DNA of 64,000 nt from Trichormus sp. ATA11-4-KO1 (lineage in GTDB: Bacteria; Cyanobacteriota; Cyanobacteriia; Cyanobacteriales; Nostocaceae), in assembly GCA_019358915.1 (NCBI GenBank), contig JAHHIM010000020.1:16388-80387 (forward strand), given 5' to 3'. Each line of letters starts with the position of its first letter. Positions within the stretch are counted from its first letter, which is position 1. Made by a program: the position numbers and the translations under genes. Under the pieces are notes generated by a model. It ran no database searches and was not told the origin of the DNA. It saw only the letters and a program-made list of their open reading frames with translations. Positions 1 to 10,496 of the stretch are shown here, in pieces.

Positions 1-819
1 TTATTCACTCCTATTGCAGAGATAGACCCAACAAAGTGCGAACAGCAATTTCAACAAAAGAGGCAAGAACTCTTAGTATTAGAAGAGATTTTGCAGTTTC
101 AAAAACTTGACTTTTGTTTATTAATGTCTTCATTAACCTCTGTTTTAGGAGGATTAGGCTCTGTTAGCTACTCAGCAACTAGTCTTTTGATGGATACTTT
201 TGCTTACCAGCATAATCAGAAAAATCCTGTAACTTGGATGAGTATTAACTGGGATGCATGGCAATTGGAAACAGACAATCAAGAAATATTTGCTAGTACA
301 AGCTTGGCAGAATTCGCCATCCAGCCCCAAGAAGTTATTAAAGCTCTTGAAAGTATTCTTTTATGGAGCCAATATCATCAAATAGTTGTTTCGACTGGTA
401 ATTTACAATCTAGAATTGACCAATGGATTAGGCTAGAATCTTCACAAGAAAAAAGAACTACCCAACAAAATAATTTATCTTCTCGTCACTCAAGACCGAA
501 TTTAAAAAATGCTTATGTTACTCCTAGTAACGATGTAGAGCACAAGCTGGCTAATATTTTTCAAGAGTTATTAGGTATTGAGCCAATCGGGATTCATGAT
601 AACTTCTTTGCATTAGGTGGTGACTCACTCACAGGAACTGTACTTATCTCTCAGGTTCGCAAACATTTCCAGGTAGAATTACCTGTGCGTTCTCTCTTTG
701 AAGCGCCTACTGTATCTGAGTTAGCTTTGGTAATTGAAGAAATTATTATAGAAGAAATAGAACAATTATCTTTCAATGCGGAAACAGATAAAACTTTTGA
801 TATGCAGTTGTCAAATTAG
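1..819 (+). CDS. C-terminal part (KR-ACP) of a type I PKS module; gene begins upstream of the window
   Basis: Frame 1 is open from base 1 (LFTPIAEID...). KR C-terminal motifs LDFCLLMSS, SYSATS and SINWDAW are followed by a carrier domain with FFALGGDSL. Confidence 0.9.
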   Translation, partial: LFTPIAEIDPTKCEQQFQQKRQELLVLEEILQFQKLDFCLLMSSLTSVLGGLGSVSYSATSLLMDTFAYQHNQKNPVTWMSINWDAWQLETDNQEIFASTSLAEFAIQPQEVIKALESILLWSQYHQIVVSTGNLQSRIDQWIRLESSQEKRTTQQNNLSSRHSRPNLKNAYVTPSNDVEHKLANIFQELLGIEPIGIHDNFFALGGDSLTGTVLISQVRKHFQVELPVRSLFEAPTVSELALVIEEIIIEEIEQLSFNAETDKTFDMQLSN

Positions 820-839
820 GTTAGTTCAGGATAAAAATC

Positions 840-1703
840 ATGAAAATTCAAGTTGTAGGTGTAGTTGGAGCAGGTGTGATGGGAATTGGGTTAGCCCAAA
901 ATCTCGCCCAAACTGGTCATCAAGTAATTCTAGTAGATATTTCCGCAGAAATTTTGGAACGTGCCCAGGCACAAATCAAAAAAAACATTCGTTTTCAAGG
1001 GTTTTTCAATAAAAATGAAAAATTAGAAAATCCAGAAGATATTCTACATAAAATCAAGTTTTCTCAAAATTATAATTTTTTTGAAAAAGCTGAATTTGTG
1101 ATTGAAAATGTTACGGAAAAGTGGGATCTTAAGAAAGAAATATATCCACAGCTTGATGCCATCTGTCCCGATAACACCGTATTTGCAGCCAATACTTCTG
1201 CTATTTCCATTACTCGTATTGCTTCAGTCACTAAACGTGCTGACAAAGTTATTGGAATGCACTTCATGAACCCAGTGCCAATGAAGCCGATAGTGGAAAT
1301 GATTCGCGGGTATCATACATCTGATGAAACAATTTCAACAGCAAAAGAATTATTATCACAGATGGGTAAAGAAGGCATTCTCGTCAACGATTCTCCTGGT
1401 TTTGTTTCCAATCGAGTTCTCATGTTGACGATAAATGAAGCCATTTTTTTACTACAAGACCAAGTTGCTTCAGTGGAAGAAGTGGATAGAATTTTCAAAA
1501 CTTGTTTTGGTCACAAGATGGGACCTTTGGAAACTGCCGACTTAATTGGATTAGATACAATTCTTTTCTCCATAGAAGTTTTGTATGAAAGTTTCAATGA
1601 TAGTAAATATAGACCTTGCCCAATGCTAAAAAAAATGGTAGATGCAGGATTGCATGGTCGTAAAACTGGACAAGGTTTCTATGCTTATAGCGAAGCAATT
1701 TGA
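840..1703 (+). CDS. 3-hydroxyacyl-CoA/ACP dehydrogenase, FkbK/ZmaG-like
   Basis: Rossmann motif GVVGAGVMG, plus GMHFMNP, PGFVSNR and MGPLETADLIGLD; adjacent to ACP, acyl-CoA dehydrogenase and FkbH genes. Confidence 0.9.
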   Translation: MKIQVVGVVGAGVMGIGLAQNLAQTGHQVILVDISAEILERAQAQIKKNIRFQGFFNKNEKLENPEDILHKIKFSQNYNFFEKAEFVIENVTEKWDLKKEIYPQLDAICPDNTVFAANTSAISITRIASVTKRADKVIGMHFMNPVPMKPIVEMIRGYHTSDETISTAKELLSQMGKEGILVNDSPGFVSNRVLMLTINEAIFLLQDQVASVEEVDRIFKTCFGHKMGPLETADLIGLDTILFSIEVLYESFNDSKYRPCPMLKKMVDAGLHGRKTGQGFYAYSEAI

Positions 1704-1750
1704 AGTCAAAAAGTCAAATATAATTGTATTAAAAATAAGTGAATTAAATA

Positions 1751-2002
1751 ATGTCAGAAATTCCTGCAAAGATTAAAGAATTCCTATCCCGTTTTTTTCG
1801 TAATCATGACTTACAGCTAGATGAGGATATCTTCGCTCTTGGTTTTGTCAACTCTATGTTTGCTATGCAACTTGTCTTATTTATTGAACAAGAATTTCAG
1901 ATTACTATTGAAAACGAAGACTTAGATTTTGCCAACTTTAAAACAATCAATGCTATGACTTGTCTGATAGAAAGCAAAATAAATTTAGTTCCGCAAACAT
2001 AA
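1751..2002 (+). CDS. Stand-alone acyl carrier protein, FkbJ/ZmaD-like
   Basis: 83 aa with GFVNSMFAMQLV, the phosphopantetheine motif typical of hydroxy/methoxymalonyl-ACP carriers. Confidence 0.9.
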   Translation: MSEIPAKIKEFLSRFFRNHDLQLDEDIFALGFVNSMFAMQLVLFIEQEFQITIENEDLDFANFKTINAMTCLIESKINLVPQT

Positions 2003-2043
2003 GTTTTTGACATTTGTAAAACTTTTTATATGGAAGTCAAAAC

Positions 2044-3225
2044 ATGAAAATTGAGTTGACTGCTCAACAAAAAGACGCTCAAGCTGAATTTAGAGCTTTC
2101 GTCAACGCAGAAATTTTTCCATACGCCAATCAATACGACCAAGCAGAATATACTCCGCCCCAACTCATTGAAAAATTTGCTGAACAAGGATATTTGGGTG
2201 CTATATTACCCAAGAAATTTGGTGGTAAAAGTATAGATATTATCACCTATGGTCTTCTCAATGAAGAAGTTGGACGGGGCTGTTCTTCGCTAAGAAGTTT
2301 ACTCACCGTGCATAGCATGGTTGCTTATGCTTTGTGTAAATGGGGTACTAAATCTCAAAAAGAATATTGGTTACCTAAATTAGCATTTGGTGAAGTAATA
2401 GCGGCTTTCGCCTTAAGTGAACCTAATGTGGGTAGTGATGCTAAAAGTATAGAAACCACGGCGACAGTTTCTGGTGATGCTTATATCTTAAATGGGCAGA
2501 AAAAGTGGATTACCTACGGACAAATTGCGGATGTTTTTTTAGTATTTGCTCAATGTGCAGGTAAACCCTCCGCTTTTTTAGTAGAAAAAAATAGTCCTGG
2601 ACTTGTCATCAAACCTATTTCTGGGATGTTAGGCGTTAAAGCTTCCATGTTAGCCGAGCTACATTTTCAGGATTGTCGGATTCCCCAAGAAAATTTAGTA
2701 GGTAAGTTAGGTTTTGGTTTTGCTTATGTTGCTGCTTCTGCACTCTCTTATGGAAGATACAGTGTAGCATGGGGTGCCGTGGGAATTGCTCAAGCTTGTT
2801 TAGAAGCTTGCATTCAATACACGAGTGAACGCCAACAGTTTGGTGTGTATCTCAAAGAACATCAATTGATTCGACAAATGATCACAGAAATGATAGCTAA
2901 TGTGAAAGCTGCACGATTACTGTGCTATCAAGCTGGCTATCTTAAAGAAATAGGCGATCGCACTTCGATAAGTGAGACTTCAATTGCTAAATATTTTGCC
3001 TCTACCACTGCAACCAAAATCGCTAATGATGCTGTACAAATTCACGGAGCTAATGGTTGTACAAATGAATATTCTGTCGCTAGATATTTGCGAGATGCCA
3101 AAATTATGGAAATCATCGAAGGTAGCACACAAATACAACAAATAACTATTGCTGATTACGGTTATCAAGAGTATATGTCACAATCTACTCCCACTATGCC
3201 TGAAAAATTATTGGCAAGGATGTGA
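2044..3225 (+). CDS. Acyl-CoA/ACP dehydrogenase, FkbI/ZmaE-like
   Basis: Motifs AFALSEPNVGSD, NGQKKWIT, RQQFG, QIHGANG and IIEGSTQIQ. Confidence 0.9.
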   Translation: MKIELTAQQKDAQAEFRAFVNAEIFPYANQYDQAEYTPPQLIEKFAEQGYLGAILPKKFGGKSIDIITYGLLNEEVGRGCSSLRSLLTVHSMVAYALCKWGTKSQKEYWLPKLAFGEVIAAFALSEPNVGSDAKSIETTATVSGDAYILNGQKKWITYGQIADVFLVFAQCAGKPSAFLVEKNSPGLVIKPISGMLGVKASMLAELHFQDCRIPQENLVGKLGFGFAYVAASALSYGRYSVAWGAVGIAQACLEACIQYTSERQQFGVYLKEHQLIRQMITEMIANVKAARLLCYQAGYLKEIGDRTSISETSIAKYFASTTATKIANDAVQIHGANGCTNEYSVARYLRDAKIMEIIEGSTQIQQITIADYGYQEYMSQSTPTMPEKLLARM

Positions 3226-3229
3226 AAAC

Positions 3230-4300
3230 ATGGTTAGTATTAAAGGTGAAGTTTTCAATCATCAACAAGCTGCGAAAACTTCTATTAAATGTGTAGTTTG
3301 GGATTTAGATAACACAGTCTGGGATGGCGTGTTGTTGGAAGATGACTGCGTTTCTTTACGAAATCAGGCAGTTGAGATTATCAAAACCTTGGATAGTCGC
3401 GGCATTTTACAATCTATTGCCAGTAAAAATGATGCTGCCAAAGCAATGGCTAAACTCCAAGAGTTTGAATTACATGAATATTTTCTCTATCCCCAAATTA
3501 ACTGGAATTCCAAATCTAGTTCTATTCAGGAAATATCTCAGTCTCTTAATCTAGGAATTGATGCATTTGCCTTTATAGATGACCAATTATTTGAATTAGA
3601 AGAAGTTAACTTTTCATTACCTGAAGTGCTATGTATTGATGCAGCGAAATTAACAAATTTACTAGATATGCCAGAAATGAATCCTCGTTTTATTACGGAA
3701 GATTCAAAACAAAGGCGATTAATGTATATTAGTGATATAGTTAGAAATAATTCCGAAAAAAGTTTTGTTGGTACTCAAGAGGAATTTTTAGCTACACTCA
3801 ATATGACTTTTACAATCTCTTCTGCCCAGGAAGATGATTTACAAAGAGCCGAAGAATTAACAGTCAGAACCAATCAATTGAATACAACAGGTCATACGTA
3901 TTCCTATGATGAACTAAATTATTTTCGGCAATCAGATCAGCATAAATTGTTAATTGCCAGTTTGGAGGATAAGTACGGTAGCTACGGCAAAATTGGATTA
4001 GTTCTTGTGGAATGCCAAGAGTTGGTATGGACTATAAAACTTTTGCTAATGTCTTGTCGTGTGATGTCTAGAGGTATCGGCACAATTATGCTGAACTATA
4101 TGATGGCATTGGCTAAAAATAACAATGTTCGTCTGCGTTCTGAGTTCGTTGCTAACGATCGCAATAGAATGATGTATGTGTCTTACAAGTTTGCTGGATT
4201 CCAGGAAATCGCCAAGCACGGAGATTTGCAAATTTTAGAAAATGACCTCACACGCATTCAACCCTTTCCCGAATATGTAAACGTCAAAATTCTCAATTAG
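3230..4300 (+). CDS. FkbH-like glyceryl-ACP transferase/phosphatase (HAD-IIIC)
   Basis: KCVVWDLDNTVWDG, SIASKND, FIDD, RTNQLN and LMSCRV. ATG at 3230, just after the upstream stop, is preferred to the track start at 3149. Confidence 0.9.
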   Translation: MVSIKGEVFNHQQAAKTSIKCVVWDLDNTVWDGVLLEDDCVSLRNQAVEIIKTLDSRGILQSIASKNDAAKAMAKLQEFELHEYFLYPQINWNSKSSSIQEISQSLNLGIDAFAFIDDQLFELEEVNFSLPEVLCIDAAKLTNLLDMPEMNPRFITEDSKQRRLMYISDIVRNNSEKSFVGTQEEFLATLNMTFTISSAQEDDLQRAEELTVRTNQLNTTGHTYSYDELNYFRQSDQHKLLIASLEDKYGSYGKIGLVLVECQELVWTIKLLLMSCRVMSRGIGTIMLNYMMALAKNNNVRLRSEFVANDRNRMMYVSYKFAGFQEIAKHGDLQILENDLTRIQPFPEYVNVKILN

Positions 4301-4327
4301 AAGTGCTTGTAGCTTGATAGGGGCATT

Positions 4328-7300
4328 ATGGACAACACAAAAGACAAACTTTTACAACGACGATCAAAGCTTTCACCTGCTCAGCGCGCCCTGCTGGAAA
4401 AACGGCTGCGGGGTGAAGTTGATTCTCAATTAAAAGTCATTCCCAGACGTTCTCAAATAAGTCCTGCGCCCCTATCTTTTGCCCAGCAAAGGTTGTGGTT
4501 TCTTCATCAATTAGATCCCGATAATCCTTACTATAGTGAGCTAGCGTGTGTACAGCTCTTGGGTACGCTGAATATAGATGCTCTAGAAAAAAGTTTCAAC
4601 GAAATTGTGCAACGCCATGAAGCCTTACGTACTACTTTTGAGATAGTTGCAGAACAAGCAGTTCAAGTTATTCATCCTACTGTAACTGTCAGAGTTCCAG
4701 TGGTGAACTTGCGCTTAATGCCAGAAGTTGAACGACAAGTACAAATTGAGCAGTTAACCACACAGATAGCTCAAAAACCCTTTGACTTGGCAACTGCTCC
4801 GTTATTGCGGACTATGCTGCTGCAAATAGATGCACAAGAATATTTACTGCTATTCACGATTCATCATATTGTTGTTGATGGCTGGTCTATTGGATTATTC
4901 ATTCGTGAATTAGCCGCACTTTATGAAGCCTTTTCTATAGGCAAAACATCTCCTCTTCCTGAACTTCCTATCCAGTATGCAGACTTTGCCATTTGGCAAC
5001 GTCAGTGGTTGCAAGGGGAATTACAAAAGACGCAACTTGATTATTGGAAGCAACAGTTGGCAGGCGCTGCAACCTTGGTTTTACCCACAGATAGACCAAG
5101 GCCAGCAGTCCAAAGCTTCCGAGGTGCAGTGGCTTCTTTTGAGCTATCAGCAAGCTTAACTGATATGCTTAGGGATTTGAGCAACGCCGAAGGGGTAACC
5201 CTGTTTATGACTCTTTTGGCTGCGTTTCAAGCTTTACTTTACCGTTACACAGGGCAAGAAGACATTTGCGTTGGTTCCCCAATTGCAAACCGCAACCAAA
5301 GCGAGATTCAAGGGTTGATTGGTTTTTTTGTCAATACCCTTGTGCTGCGAACTCATCTTTCTGGTAATCCCTCTTTTTTGGAATTGTTGAATCGAGTGCG
5401 CGAGGTATGCGTAGGTGGGTATGCCCATGCAGATATACCTTTTGAGCAGTTGGTAGAAGAACTGCAACCAGAAAGAAACCTCAGTCATATGCCTTTGTTT
5501 CAGGTAATGTTTGCCTTACAGGAAGATACCCAAAAGGAATTGACACTACCTGGTTTAAGTTTGAATTGGCTACCTGCGGATACTCGGACTGCTAGGTTTG
5601 ATTTAACTCTGCACATTGTAGATGCTAAACCAGAATTGAGGGGGTTATTAGAATACAGAACCGATTTGTTTGATACTGCAACTATTACTCGGATAGTAAA
5701 GCATTTTCAGACTTTACTAGAAGGGATTATAGCAAATCCACAAGCAAGGTTATCCGACTTACCACTATTGACGGCTGATGAGTTACATCAGCAATTACTG
5801 GAGTGGAATAATACAAAAGTTGAATATCCTCAACAGCAATGCATTCATCAGTTATTTGAAGCGCAAGTAGAACGCACACCTGATGCAATAGCAGTAGTCT
5901 TTGAGGATGAACAGTTAACTTATTGGGAATTAAATACCAGAGCGAATCAATTAGCACACTATTTGCGATCGCTGGGAGTAAAACCAGAGGTATTGGTGGG
6001 GATTTGTGTGGAGCGTTCCTTGGATATGGTTATCGGACTATTAGCCATCCTCAAAGCTGGTGGCGCATACGTACCCCTAGATCCAAACTATCCCAAAGAA
6101 CGATTAGCATTTATCCTAAAAGACACTCAGGCTCCAGTGTTACTAACTCAAGCATCTCTTATGGAAGTAATGCCGCAACACAAAGCTCAAGTTGTTTCTT
6201 TAGATACTGATTGGCATCTGATTGAACAACAAAGTCCAGACAATTTATTCTCTCAACTAACTCCTGATAACCTGGCTTATATCATTTATACCTCTGGTTC
6301 AACAGGCAGACCCAAAGGTGTAATGATTAAACACAGTAGCACAGTTGCAATGTTGAATTGGGCAAACAAAACCTACACAATTGAAGATAGGAAAGGAGTT
6401 TTGGCATCCACTTCAATTTGCTTCGACCTTTCGGTTTTTGAGTTGTTTGTGCCTCTGTGTTGCGGTGGCAAGCTTATTTTAATTGAGAATGCCCTATATT
6501 TATCAACTTTGCCAACAGCCTTTAATGTAACCTTAATTAATACTGTCCCAAGTATAATTTTACAGTTATTCAAAAATAATGCTATTCCAACTTCAGTCCA
6601 GACTGTGAATTTAGCAGGAGAAGCACTTCACAATCAACTCGTACAGCAACTTTATTGCCAGGATAATATAAAACAAATATTTAACTTATATGGGCCTTCT
6701 GAAGATACAACTTATTCAACTTCGGCTTGGATACACAAGGGTACTAACAACACCCCACCGATTGGTTTCCCAATTCACAACACGCAGACTTATTTGTTAG
6801 ATCAGAATTTACAACTTGTTCCTATAGGCGTACCAGGAATGTTGTATGTTGGCGGTGCAGGTTTAGCCCGTGGTTATCTAAACAAACCAGAACTGACTGC
6901 GGAGAAATTTATTCCCAATCCTTACACAAAATTGCCAGGGGAAAGGTTATATAAAACTGGAGATTTAGCCCGCTATTTACCAAATGGAGAACTAGAATAC
7001 ATTGGTCGCATTGACTATCAAGTAAAAGTTCGTGGTTTCCGTATTGAAATAGGAGAAATTGAAGCATTTATTCTTCAGCATCTGGGAGTACAAGAAGCTG
7101 TAGTTACAGTTCATTCTTCGGCAACAGATTCTCAACAAATAGTTGCCTATGTAGTCCCCAAATCCCAGCAAACGCCAACGATTTCTGAACTACGCAGTTT
7201 TTTGAAAACTAAGTTGCCAAACTACATGGTGCCAACAGCTTTTGTTATCTTGCAGGCACTACCTCTGACACCTAATGGTAAGATTGACCGTAAGGCATTA

Positions 7301-9004
7301 AAAGCACCTGATACAGCAAGAAATCAAGATAAAGAACTAGTAATACCGCGTAATTGTCTAGAAGCCAAGCTGACAGAAATTTGGGTAGATGTGCTGGGCG
7401 TGGAACAAGTGGGTATTTTCGATAACTTTTTTGAATTAGGTGGGGATTCTATCCTTGCCATTGTAGTTATTACCAGAGCTAACCAAGCAGGTTTAAAACT
7501 GACCGTTAAACAGTTATTTCAACATCAAACAGTTGCCGATTTGACATCTGTAGCAGTAACAAAAAAGGTAACCCAAGCTGAACAAGGGCTGATAACAGGT
7601 TTAGTCTTTCTCACACCGATCCAGAAATGGTTCTTTGAACAAAATCTCCTCGCACCCCATCACTGGAACCAAGCAGTTTTACTAGAAGTTAAACATGTTC
7701 TTGACCTAGCTGTATTAGAAAAATCCATACAGCAATTGTTATTACACCATGATGCTCTCCGCTTACGATTTGAGCAAACAGAGTCTGGTTGGCAGCAGAT
7801 TATAGCTAGCTTAGATGTAAAAATCCCCTTAATACATTTGGATTTCTCTGATTTATCAGAAAACGAACAGGAACTAGCCATCGAAGCAGCAGCCACCAAA
7901 TTACAAGCTAGTTTGAATCTCTCAGATGGTTTACTAATGCGAGTTGCTTTGTTTGACTTAGGGTATCGACCAAGGCATTTGTTGATTATCATCCATCATT
8001 TAGTTGTAGATGGCGTTTCTTGGCGGATTTTACTGGAAGATTTGGAGACAGTATACCAACAATTCAATCAAGGCAAAAAGATACAACTGCCATCAAAGAC
8101 AACTTCGTGGAAATATTGGTCGCAATGCCTACAAGAATATGCACAATCAACTACTCTTGAGCAAGAATGGGACTATTGGCTGCGAGAATCTTGGCAACAG
8201 ATTACTCCTTTACCAGTTGATTTTTCTGACGGTGAAAATACAGTAGCTTCGACTCAAAACATCTCAATTGTTCTGACGGTAGAACAGACTCAAGCCTTAC
8301 TAAAAAAAGTGCCAAAAGCTTATAATACACAAATTAACGATGTCTTGCTCACGGCACTAGTACAAGCTTTTTATCAATGGACTGGGAAGAATTTTGTATT
8401 ACTAGCTCTAGAAGGTCATGGGCGAGAAGAAATTTTCGCTGGTGTCGATTTGTCACGCACGGTAGGTTGGTTTACATCGATTTTTCCAGTGCTATTAGAT
8501 TTGAGGGAAACGTCTCATCCTATAGAGGCGTTGAAATTAATTAAAGAGCAACTGCGGGGTATTCCCAATAAAGGCATGGGTTATGGTGTCCTACGTTATT
8601 TGAGTCAGAATAATCCAAAAGTTGAGTTATTGCGATCGCTTCCCCAACCTGAGGTAGTCTTCAATTACTTAGGTCAGTTCGATCAAACATTTTCAGACTC
8701 ATCAATATTTAAAATTTCTCAGGACGCTCAAGGACAAACACGCAATTCGTTGAACGGGGAAGCCTATATCCTCAGTATCGATGCTTTGGTAATTGATCAG
8801 CAATTAAGAATAAATTGGACTTACAGCGAAAAAATACATCGACGAAGCACGATTGAAAGACTAGCACAAGGATTTTTAGAAGCATTACAAACACTCATCA
8901 CTCATTGCCAATCTCCTGAAATTGGCGGATATACACCTTCTGATTTTCCAGAAGCAGACTTGAGTCAAGAAGATTTGGAACGGTTTTTAGAAAGAATCAA
9001 TTAA
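4328..9004 (+). CDS. NRPS C-A(Ala)-T-E; predicted D-Ala module
   Basis: C motif HHIVVDG; A pocket read by eye as DLFNNALTY (Ala type); T GGDSI; E motifs HHLVVDGVSW, EGHGRE and RTVGWFT; C-terminal YTPSDFP docking segment. Confidence 0.9.
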   Translation: MDNTKDKLLQRRSKLSPAQRALLEKRLRGEVDSQLKVIPRRSQISPAPLSFAQQRLWFLHQLDPDNPYYSELACVQLLGTLNIDALEKSFNEIVQRHEALRTTFEIVAEQAVQVIHPTVTVRVPVVNLRLMPEVERQVQIEQLTTQIAQKPFDLATAPLLRTMLLQIDAQEYLLLFTIHHIVVDGWSIGLFIRELAALYEAFSIGKTSPLPELPIQYADFAIWQRQWLQGELQKTQLDYWKQQLAGAATLVLPTDRPRPAVQSFRGAVASFELSASLTDMLRDLSNAEGVTLFMTLLAAFQALLYRYTGQEDICVGSPIANRNQSEIQGLIGFFVNTLVLRTHLSGNPSFLELLNRVREVCVGGYAHADIPFEQLVEELQPERNLSHMPLFQVMFALQEDTQKELTLPGLSLNWLPADTRTARFDLTLHIVDAKPELRGLLEYRTDLFDTATITRIVKHFQTLLEGIIANPQARLSDLPLLTADELHQQLLEWNNTKVEYPQQQCIHQLFEAQVERTPDAIAVVFEDEQLTYWELNTRANQLAHYLRSLGVKPEVLVGICVERSLDMVIGLLAILKAGGAYVPLDPNYPKERLAFILKDTQAPVLLTQASLMEVMPQHKAQVVSLDTDWHLIEQQSPDNLFSQLTPDNLAYIIYTSGSTGRPKGVMIKHSSTVAMLNWANKTYTIEDRKGVLASTSICFDLSVFELFVPLCCGGKLILIENALYLSTLPTAFNVTLINTVPSIILQLFKNNAIPTSVQTVNLAGEALHNQLVQQLYCQDNIKQIFNLYGPSEDTTYSTSAWIHKGTNNTPPIGFPIHNTQTYLLDQNLQLVPIGVPGMLYVGGAGLARGYLNKPELTAEKFIPNPYTKLPGERLYKTGDLARYLPNGELEYIGRIDYQVKVRGFRIEIGEIEAFILQHLGVQEAVVTVHSSATDSQQIVAYVVPKSQQTPTISELRSFLKTKLPNYMVPTAFVILQALPLTPNGKIDRKALKAPDTARNQDKELVIPRNCLEAKLTEIWVDVLGVEQVGIFDNFFELGGDSILAIVVITRANQAGLKLTVKQLFQHQTVADLTSVAVTKKVTQAEQGLITGLVFLTPIQKWFFEQNLLAPHHWNQAVLLEVKHVLDLAVLEKSIQQLLLHHDALRLRFEQTESGWQQIIASLDVKIPLIHLDFSDLSENEQELAIEAAATKLQASLNLSDGLLMRVALFDLGYRPRHLLIIIHHLVVDGVSWRILLEDLETVYQQFNQGKKIQLPSKTTSWKYWSQCLQEYAQSTTLEQEWDYWLRESWQQITPLPVDFSDGENTVASTQNISIVLTVEQTQALLKKVPKAYNTQINDVLLTALVQAFYQWTGKNFVLLALEGHGREEIFAGVDLSRTVGWFTSIFPVLLDLRETSHPIEALKLIKEQLRGIPNKGMGYGVLRYLSQNNPKVELLRSLPQPEVVFNYLGQFDQTFSDSSIFKISQDAQGQTRNSLNGEAYILSIDALVIDQQLRINWTYSEKIHRRSTIERLAQGFLEALQTLITHCQSPEIGGYTPSDFPEADLSQEDLERFLERIN

Positions 9005-9024
9005 GAAGGTAAAAATTAAACAAA

Positions 9025-10422
9025 ATGAGAGAAAATATCGAAGATATATACCCCCTATCTCCCATACAGCATGGTATGCTGTTTCACAGGTTGCAAGCCC
9101 CAGAAATGGGACTATATCATATACAATTAGTCTATACTTTCAGTGGCAATCTCAACATTGCTGCATTTATATACGCTTGGCAGCAAGTCACAAACCGCCA
9201 CACAATCTTGCGTACAAGCTTCTATTGGGAAGAATTAGATAAACCATTACAAGTGGTGCATCAACAAGTAGAAGTACCTGTAGAGTACCAAAATTGGCGA
9301 CAACTTGAGCAATTTGAACAACAAGAGCGTTTAAAGTCTTTTCTTGATAGCGATCGCCTACAGAGTTTTGATTTTTCCCAAGCACCTCTAATGCGTGTGG
9401 CTATCATCCAAATTCAGGAAAACTCCTACTATCTTGTTTGGAGTCATAACCTAATTATTCTAGATGGTTGGTCATATCCATTAGTATTAAATGATGTGAT
9501 TGAAATTTATGAAGCGTGCTGTCTTGGTCAAGATGCGCCCTTATCCAAGGGTAGTTGCTTTAAAGATTACATAAAATGGCTCAAACAGCAAGATTTAGTA
9601 AAAGCTGAGGAGTTTTGGCGACAGCAACTCCGTGGAGTCAAACAACCAACTCCTTTAACTAACTTATACTCAAATACCTCATCCAATGAAGAAAACTATG
9701 AGGATATACAAATTAGCCTATCTCAAGAAACTACAAATAATCTAAATTTATTGGCAAGACAGCATCACCTCACCATGAATACTCTAGTTCAGGGAGCTTG
9801 GGCTATACTTCTGTATTACTACAGTGGCAAAAATGATGTAGTCTATGGCTGTACTACTTCTGGTCGTCCAGTAGATTTAGAGGGTTCGGAATCAATGGTA
9901 GGGGAAATGGTTAATACCTTACCAGTACATGTCAAGGTAAACATGGATGAGTATTTATTACCTTGGCTGCAAGAATTACAAAATCAATTAATAGATATTC
10001 GTGAGTATGAATATTACCCGTTGGTAAATATTCAAAAATGCAGCAAAGTGCCAGGAAATGTGCCTTTATTTGAAAGCATCGTGGTGTTTGAGAATCAAAA
10101 AACAGGCAAATTTTTGGAACAATGGGGAAGTTTAAACATCTGTGAGAGAATTAACTTTTACAAAACTAACTATCCTCTAACTATAGTTGGATATCCTGGC
10201 TCAGAACTGACACTCGGAATTAATTATGATTTTCACCGCTTTGATGCGGCAACAATCATGAATATATTGGAACATCTAAAGAGACTGCTTGAAGGCATAG
10301 TGACGAATCCGCAAGTATGTCTTCAAAAATTATTGTTGTTTATAGAACAAAAACGCCACATTGAATTATTAAGTTTAGAAACAGAAATGTCATTAGATTT
10401 TGATTTTGTGTCAACCAATTAA
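9025..10422 (+). CDS. Free-standing DCL-like condensation domain with a non-canonical active site
   Basis: IEDIYPLSPIQHGMLFH, RHTILRTSF, SGRP and TNYPL; active site reads WSHNLIILDGWS. Confidence 0.85.
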   Translation: MRENIEDIYPLSPIQHGMLFHRLQAPEMGLYHIQLVYTFSGNLNIAAFIYAWQQVTNRHTILRTSFYWEELDKPLQVVHQQVEVPVEYQNWRQLEQFEQQERLKSFLDSDRLQSFDFSQAPLMRVAIIQIQENSYYLVWSHNLIILDGWSYPLVLNDVIEIYEACCLGQDAPLSKGSCFKDYIKWLKQQDLVKAEEFWRQQLRGVKQPTPLTNLYSNTSSNEENYEDIQISLSQETTNNLNLLARQHHLTMNTLVQGAWAILLYYYSGKNDVVYGCTTSGRPVDLEGSESMVGEMVNTLPVHVKVNMDEYLLPWLQELQNQLIDIREYEYYPLVNIQKCSKVPGNVPLFESIVVFENQKTGKFLEQWGSLNICERINFYKTNYPLTIVGYPGSELTLGINYDFHRFDAATIMNILEHLKRLLEGIVTNPQVCLQKLLLFIEQKRHIELLSLETEMSLDFDFVSTN

Positions 10423-10496
10423 TGTCAGAAGGCATTATGTTAACATTTGACATCTTCCTAAAAATATTGTGTAATTCATTCAAAAATAATCACACC

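Noticed and set aside
840..3225. Fatty-acid beta-oxidation genes
   Set aside because: The interleaved ACP and FkbH genes identify an extender-unit cassette.
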